Shown here piece by piece: positions 58,401 through 64,000 of a stretch of 64,000 bases of DNA. Source of the DNA: Macrostomum lignano (lineage: Eukaryota); contig NIVC01002293.1 of assembly GCA_002269645.1 (NCBI GenBank), forward strand, positions 1 to 64,000, written 5' to 3'. Positions within the stretch are counted from its first letter, which is position 1. The number at the start of each line of letters is the position of its first letter. The notes under the pieces were generated by a model, which did not search any database, was not told the DNA's origin, and saw only the letters and a list, made by a program, of their open reading frames with translations. Made by a program: the position numbers and the translations under genes.

Positions 58401-61400
58401 CATAAACTTCACCGTGTCCTGGAAGCGGTCCATCTCGCCCTGCAACAGCTCGATGTACAGGTTGGTCAGCAGGCCAAGTCGGTCCTCCACCCAACCGCAC
58501 TGCTCGATGGCCTCCTTCTTGGCCTCGGCTTGCTCCTTGCGCTTATCCGTGATGTCAACCAGGCGCTCGCGCAGCTCCTCCAGCCGCTGGTGCAGGTCGG
58601 CGACCACTTCCTCGTCGTAACGCAGGTCCTGCGGTATCTCGTTGAAATCCTTCTGGAAGGCGGTCAGCAGCACCTGGTGATTGTCCGGCCGCTGCAGATA
58701 CTCAAGAAAGTCTCGCCGAACTTGATAAAAGTACACTACGGCAGAGTCTTTGACCAGGCGGAGTCGTCGGAACACGGACTTGGCGGTGGACACGTAGCCG
58801 TCCTCGATGGCGTCCCACAGAGGCGACAGAGCCTTCGCCAGCTCCTCTGGGATAGCCAGGTCGACGAACTCCCACTCGGGGTCGCACGGCTTCGGCGGCG
58901 GTGGCGGCGGCTGCTCCGGGGCGGCTTCACCCGCGCTATCGCCAGAAGCCTCAGGAGCAACACTGTCGGCCGGTTTCATCGTCGCTTTCTCGTCTGAGGC
59001 TGCTGTCGCCTTCGACGCCTTCGGCGAGCCGCCACGCGAGCCTTTCTTAGCCTTCCCCTGCGCGCCACCCTTCTTGTCCGCGCTGCTCGCCCGGCTGCTG
59101 CGCCGGCTGCCGCCGGCTTTGTCCTTCGACTTGGACCGGCCGGGGCTCGCCTTGCCTTTGCGCTTGCCCGAGGCCGGTCGCGAACCAGCCGCCGCCGCCG
59201 CTACTGCGGCCGCCTCTGCCTCCGACGCCGCTTTGGACGCCCGGGCGGCTTCTTCGGCTGCTTCAGCAGCCGCGGCAGCCGCCGCCTCTTCCTCCAGGCG
59301 ACGCTGCTCCGCCAGCAGCGCCTCGGCCGCAGCGCGTGCCTCTGTCTCTTTGCGCTCTTCCTCGAGGCGCTCCGCTTCCAGTCGGCGAGCGACGAATTCG
59401 TCCAGCAGGCGCTCGGTCTCCAGGTAGAGCGCCTCGGGCTCCAGCGAGGCGTCGACTCGGACGACGTTGCCGAAGCGTTGGTAGAACTTCTCCAGCTTCG
59501 GCCACGACTCAGCGTACGCGCTGAGCCGCTTTTGCACCTGGCGAAGGATCGGTGTTAAAGACAGTTGTGGGCGCTTCAGAGGCTGGGACTGAGAGACCAT
59601 CAAAAAAAAGAGGCAAAAAAATACCATCAATCTAAATTACTCGCAAAGAACCCAAAAATACCTGATCAAGATCGTAGGCCGGGTCCTTGACTGGCTGCAC
59701 CTTCTCCTCGCCCTGCACACCCGTGGCACTGCCTTCGGGCGGCTGCTTTGTCTCCAGGTGGAACTCCTTGCCCGTTCCCGGCTGCTCGACTCGACCCAGC
59801 GCTCGCTTCAGGCACCAGGCGTCGTCGACGGAGAAATCGATAACAAGATCCAATCCGCTGGCTGGCTCTGGCGCCGCCGGGGCCGGCTTCGGATTTGTCG
59901 CCAGACTTCCGGCCTTCTTCTTTCGCGACCCAGCCTTGGTAGGCTCCTCGAAGCCCGTCAGAGCCTTCTCAAACAGCTTCGCCTGGGCATAGTTGCCAGG
60001 GAATCCGTCCAGAATCCACCCGGTGCCGGCTGGGACGCGGTGGATGGCCTCGATCTGATGGGTTAAGGTGTCACGTGCACAGATCCTACCCACGTGTACG
60101 CTGATTCTATTTATAGATGGAAACACGCACTCATCTTATTTGCGTGTACACTGATTCTACGAGCTATTTATAGATCGGCATATGTACTGTCCCCTCTCTC
60201 TTGTTCACAAATATATCCATGATTGAAAGAGTCTGCTAACTGTATTGCATCGATTTTTGCAGCTATATAGAAGGCGTATGCTTAAAATTTTATAACAATT
60301 TCCCTCACCAGCAGTTCAACCAGCAGCTCGTCGGTGACTGACTTTCCTCGGCGTAGCAGCGCCGTCAGCTTCTCGCCAATTTTCGCCCTCCGCGTCAGCT
60401 GCGGCTTCGGTGGCTCTGGCGGTGGCGGCGGTGGCTGCTGCGACTGCGGCGTGGTGGCGCCGTCCTCAGCGCCCGCCGTGGCCGATGACTCGGCTGTAAG
60501 AGTTGTTTGCGACGTCGCAGCGGCAGCGCCGGTCGCCATCGCCGCCCCGGAGGTCGACGCAAGCTGAATAGCTGAGCCTGACTCCCCAACTGTGGTGGCC
60601 GAAGCCTCGGCCGGCTTCTCCTCGGGCTCAGGCTCAGGCGGCGGTGTCGGCGGCGGCGTCGGCAGCGGCTCGAGCTCGTTCAGCTTGAAGGCGTCCATGG
60701 CCTCCTCGACTAGGGTGTTCACGTCGAACGACACGCAGCGATTGTCTGCGGGGTGCACCGGTTTCTGGATTTGCTCATGTAGCTCAACTTTATCTCAGCT
60801 CTATCTCAGCTCTATCTCAGCTCTATCTCAGCTCTATCTCAGCTCTATCTCAGCTCTATCTCAGCCCTATCTCAACTCTATCTCAGCTCTATCTTAGCAA
60901 CAGGTTTATAAATCTTATCTTGTCCGAAATCTCAACCTATCCACCTTACCCGGAACCTCTTCCTATTCAAAATCTCGTCCTATCCGAAATCTCACCCTAT
61001 CCGAAATCTCACCCTATCCAGGTTCTCACCCTATCCGAAATCTCACCCTATCCAGGTTCTCACCCTATCCGAAATCTCACCCTATCCAGGTTCTCACCCT
61101 ATCCGAAATCTCACCCTATCCGAAATCTCACCCTATTCGAAATCTCACCCTATCCGAAATCTCACCCTATCCGAAATCTCACCCTATCCGAAATCTCACC
61201 CTATCCAGGTTCTCACCCTATCCGAAATCTCACCCTATCCGAAATCTCACCCTATCCAGGTTCTCACCCTATCCAGGTTCTCACCCTATCCGAAATCTCA
61301 CCCTATCCGAAATCTCACCCAATCCGAAATCTCACCCTATCTGGAATCTCACCTTATCTGGGGCCTCATTCCACTCGGAATCTCACCCTATCCGGAATCT

Positions 61401-63566
61401 CACCTTATCCGAAATCTCACCTTATCCGAAATCTCACCCTATCCGGAATCTCACCCTATCTGGAATCTCACCCTATCCGGAATCTCACCCTATCCGGAAT
61501 CTCACCCTATCCGGAATCTCACCCTATCCGGAATCTCACCCTATACGGAATCTCACCCTATCTGGGGTCTCATTCCACCCGGAATCTCGCACTACAGCAA
61601 CCCAGCAGCCAGGCTGCAAAGCGCAGCTTCACTCACTCTCGATGAGGCGCCGGATGACGCTGGACTTGCCCGAGAACAGCTTGCCGCAGATGGCCGCTCG
61701 CACTGGGAACGGCGGAAACTGCGGCGCTTCCGGCGGCGGCTGAAATCCAGGGCGAGAAAGATCAGAAAATTCTGCAGATTGATATTACTAAAAGTAGCCA
61801 GTTAGGAGCATCCCAATTCATTTTATTCAGCAACGCAACTCACCGTTGGCGGGTTGGCGATGGCGTGCACCCGGTCGACGATCCAGCCGACCACCGGGTT
61901 TGACACCGGCGCCGACTGCATCTCGCAGTCCTCGGGCGGCTGCCACTCGCCCTGCATTTCCTTGTACTCCAACAGCTCGGCTTCATCCTGCACAGCTTCC
62001 TTCTCCTCAAGGACCAGGTTGGGATCGGCATCAGTTTCCATCGGCTCGGCTCCGTCTGGCGCTTCCAGATCGTCTATGGCCAAAGCCGCCTGCGGCGCCG
62101 CCGGCCCGCCGGCCACCGGGTAGACCGGCTGGCCGCTGGTGAACAGGGCCTTGAGGTCGCGATACTTCCGGTGCGGCACCCGGCCGCCGGGGCCTTCGAG
62201 TTCGCGCAGCTCGGCCACCCGACAGGCCACGTCCACCAGGTCGGACACAGCCAGCCAGCAGTGGCCGTAGCGGCGCTCCCACTGCCGCTGGCGGCGCTGT
62301 TTGGCCGCCTCCTCGCGAAGTAGCCGCTCCTGTTGGAACTCCTCCTGCGGGCGGGAATGATGGAGATTCCAGTTGCAGCTGGGGAGGGGGGGAGGCAGGG
62401 AGACACAGGGGAGGCAGGGAGACACAGGGGAGGCAGGGAGACACAGGGGAGGCAGGGAGACACAGGGGAGGCAGGGAGACACAGGGGAGGCAGGGAGACA
62501 CAGGGGAGGCAGGGAGATACAGGGGAGGCAGGGAGACTCAGGGGAGGCAGGGAGACACAGGGGAGGCAGGGAGACACAGGGGAGGCAGGGAGACACACGA
62601 GAGGCGGGTGAGACACACGAGAGGCGGGTGAGACACAAGAGAGGCGGGTGAGACACACGAGAGGCGGGTGAGACACAAGAGAGGCGGGTGAGACACAAGA
62701 GAGGCGGGTGAGACACACGAGAGGCGGGTGAGACACACGAGAGGCGGGTGAGACACAAGAGAGGCGGGTGAGACACACGAGAGGCGGGTGAGACACAAGA
62801 GAGGCGGGTGAGACACACGAGAGGCGGGTGAGACACAAGAGAGGCGGGTGAGACACAAGAGAGGCGGGTGAGACACAAGAGAGGCGGGTGAGACCGTCCC
62901 CTCACCTCGTACTCGGCCCGCGCCCTCTCAGCCAGGGCTTTCTCTCTGTCGAGCGCTTCCTGAAATTCGGCCTCGCGCCGCTCCTGATATTGGCGCTCCC
63001 GCTCGCGCCGGTTCCGCTTCAGGACGTCTTTCTCGCGGCGCGCCTGCAGCAGCTGGACGGCGATACGGCGCTCGAGCTGCGACTGGCGCATCAGCTTGCC
63101 GGCAAGGCTGGCCTCCCGCTGAAGCTCCTCCTGCTGCTCGTGAGCCCGCAGGCAGTCCACCAAAACTTTTCGTCGGCGCCGTTCGCGCGCCGCCCGCGCC
63201 TCGGCGTCCTCGGCTAGGCGGCGCCGAATTTTGGCGATGTACGCGTCGTTGGAGGCGGGCTTGATGTAGTCGGTGGGGTCGCTGGTGGCCGCCTGTTGCA
63301 GCGGCTGCAGCGTCGCCGCTCCTCGCTGCTGCCCTGTCGGCTGCTCGAAATCCTCGCTGGTGCCGCTGGCTGAGGAGTCCGGACGGTCGGGACCGGCCGC
63401 GCCGGAGTCGCCCGTCGGCTGCAGGGTGCGGCTCAGGCGCTCCTCGAAGCCATCCAGGGCCTGCATGGCGGCGGCGGCCTCCTGCCGACGGCGCTGCTGC
63501 CGGCGGTGATCCATGGCCGCCGCGGTGCGGTTCGGCGGCGGCTTCGGGATGTGCACGATGGCCGCT
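52406..63566 (-). CDS. SPEF2: Sperm flagellar protein 2 (SPEF2/KPL2), 5'-partial, ~1778 codons in the window
   Basis: Exons 63566-62906, 62344-61844, 61739-61637, 60745-60309, 60054-59662, 59537-58135, 56714-55913, 54620-54453, 54312-53776, 52738-52406, phases consistent. Motifs: LMRQSQLERRIAVQL, ICGKLFSGKS P-loop, WILDGFP adenylate-kinase-like region, VPDPP..RPPPVE, VSWRAFLL...PWP. The CH domain lies beyond position 64000. Confidence 0.93.
52765..53040. repeat. ~32-bp minisatellite (CTCAGCTGGACCGCCACCCCTCCTCCCCTGAG)n
   Basis: Abuts the acceptor of the last SPEF2 exon. Confidence 0.9.
53570..53705. repeat. 22-bp degenerate minisatellite (GGGTGTCAGAGACCGCTAATTC)n
   Basis: In the last SPEF2 intron. 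Confidence 0.8.
57014..57562 (-). CDS. Orphan 182-aa ORF nested in a SPEF2 intron (same strand)
   Basis: MEPEDSDLEHEINVECVV...; GC-rich coding-like island flanked by AT-rich intron; TTTTTCGTAG acceptor 5 nt before the ATG. SPEF2 homology skips this segment. Confidence 0.45.
   Translation of the reverse strand: MEPEDSDLEHEINVECVVPNGDEIAKATPSAEAQRQRPQQLGGSLITNRSSSSLSGTSLDLASWREATLRTAASVTAELLRRRPSATSLADALKSAAAAAGGWRAPPRGPAGRRRQKRQQQQQQQTASVASGTGGSLSLSLEASKSSSRLSSRSRMHLHFLLPAGSATGTCHLTWAPTFILR
57735..58010. repeat. ~31-34-bp minisatellite (GCAGCTCACACCAGGGACTGGGGGAGTGATG)n
   Basis: SPEF2 intron. Confidence 0.9.
60790..60895. repeat. 11-bp minisatellite (AGCTCTATCTC)n
   Basis: SPEF2 intron. Confidence 0.9.
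60980..61560. repeat. 17-bp minisatellite (ATCCGAAATCTCACCCT)n
   Basis: SPEF2 intron. Confidence 0.93.
62385..62892. repeat. Two adjacent minisatellites, 19 bp (GGGGAGGCAGGGAGACACA) and 20 bp (GAGAGGCGGGTGAGACACAA)
   Basis: Fill SPEF2 intron 62905-62345. Confidence 0.95.
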
Positions 63567-63599
63567 CTGCGGGCGGGGACGGCGGGGCGGGAGTTTATG

Positions 63600-64000
63600 G
63601 GTTTTCTTTGCGGGGTGTCTTTGCGGGGTGTCTTTGCGGGGTGTCTTTGCGGGATGTCTTTGCGGGATGTCTTTGCGGGGTGTCTTTGCGGGGTGTCTTT
63701 GCGGGATGTCTTTGCGGGGTGTCTGTGGGGTGTCTTTGCGGGGTGTCTTTGCGGGGTATCTTTGGGGGATGTCTTTGCGGGGTGTCTTTGCGGGGTGTCT
63801 TTGCGGGGTGTCTTTACGGGGTGTCTGTGGGATGTCTTTGCGGGGTGTCTTTGCGGGGTGTCTTTGCGGGGTGTCTTTGCGGGGTGTCTTTACGGGGTGT
63901 CCTCCTTGTAGCTTCTACCTGGTATCTTTGCGGGGTGTCTTTGCGGGGTGTCTTTGCGGGGTGTCTTTGCGGGGTGTCTTTGCGGGGTGTCTTTGTAGGG
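63600..64000. repeat. 13-bp minisatellite (GCGGGGTGTCTTT)n running off the window
   Basis: SPEF2 intron upstream of exon 63566. Confidence 0.95.

Noticed and set aside
58260-59427. Long antisense ORFs over SPEF2 (and over SLC35F, the GPCR, ANKRD54 and the 14427 gene)
   Set aside because: Typical shadows of GC-rich coding sequence; no independent motifs.

Overview
This is eukaryotic (animal) genomic DNA: GC-rich Ala/Gln-rich exons, GT-AG introns mostly filled by minisatellites, and AT-rich, CpG-poor transposon-derived spacers. The style suggests a free-living flatworm such as Macrostomum; that is an inference and was not verified. Recognisable genes, with exons rebuilt by hand and splice phases checked: an intronless ANKRD54-like ankyrin gene (+), an SLC35F1/F2-like transporter (+, 2 exons), a complete 10-exon SPATA18/Mieap orthologue (-), UBE2Z (+, 3 exons), a somatostatin/allatostatin-C/opioid-type class A GPCR (+), and the 3' ~1780 codons of SPEF2 (-, 10 exons, 5' end outside the window). 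There are also three orphan ORFs. Mobile DNA: an 8.5-kb Ty3/Gypsy LTR element (818-bp LTRs, tRNA-Leu PBS, -1 frameshift signal, RT/RNaseH deleted, a MITE inside integrase, and an extra unknown ORF with its own TATA/CCAAT promoter); a 2.7-kb hAT-type element with a nested 9-bp-TSD MITE; a Tc1/mariner-like deletion derivative; a MULE transposase relic; an RTE-LINE relic; and three CORE-like tRNA SINEs. The best leads are the Gypsy accessory ORF, the almost pure C-to-T (CpG and CpA) decay of transposon copies, and repeat-built, in-frame, stop-free introns. No rRNA, true tRNA or CRISPR array was found.
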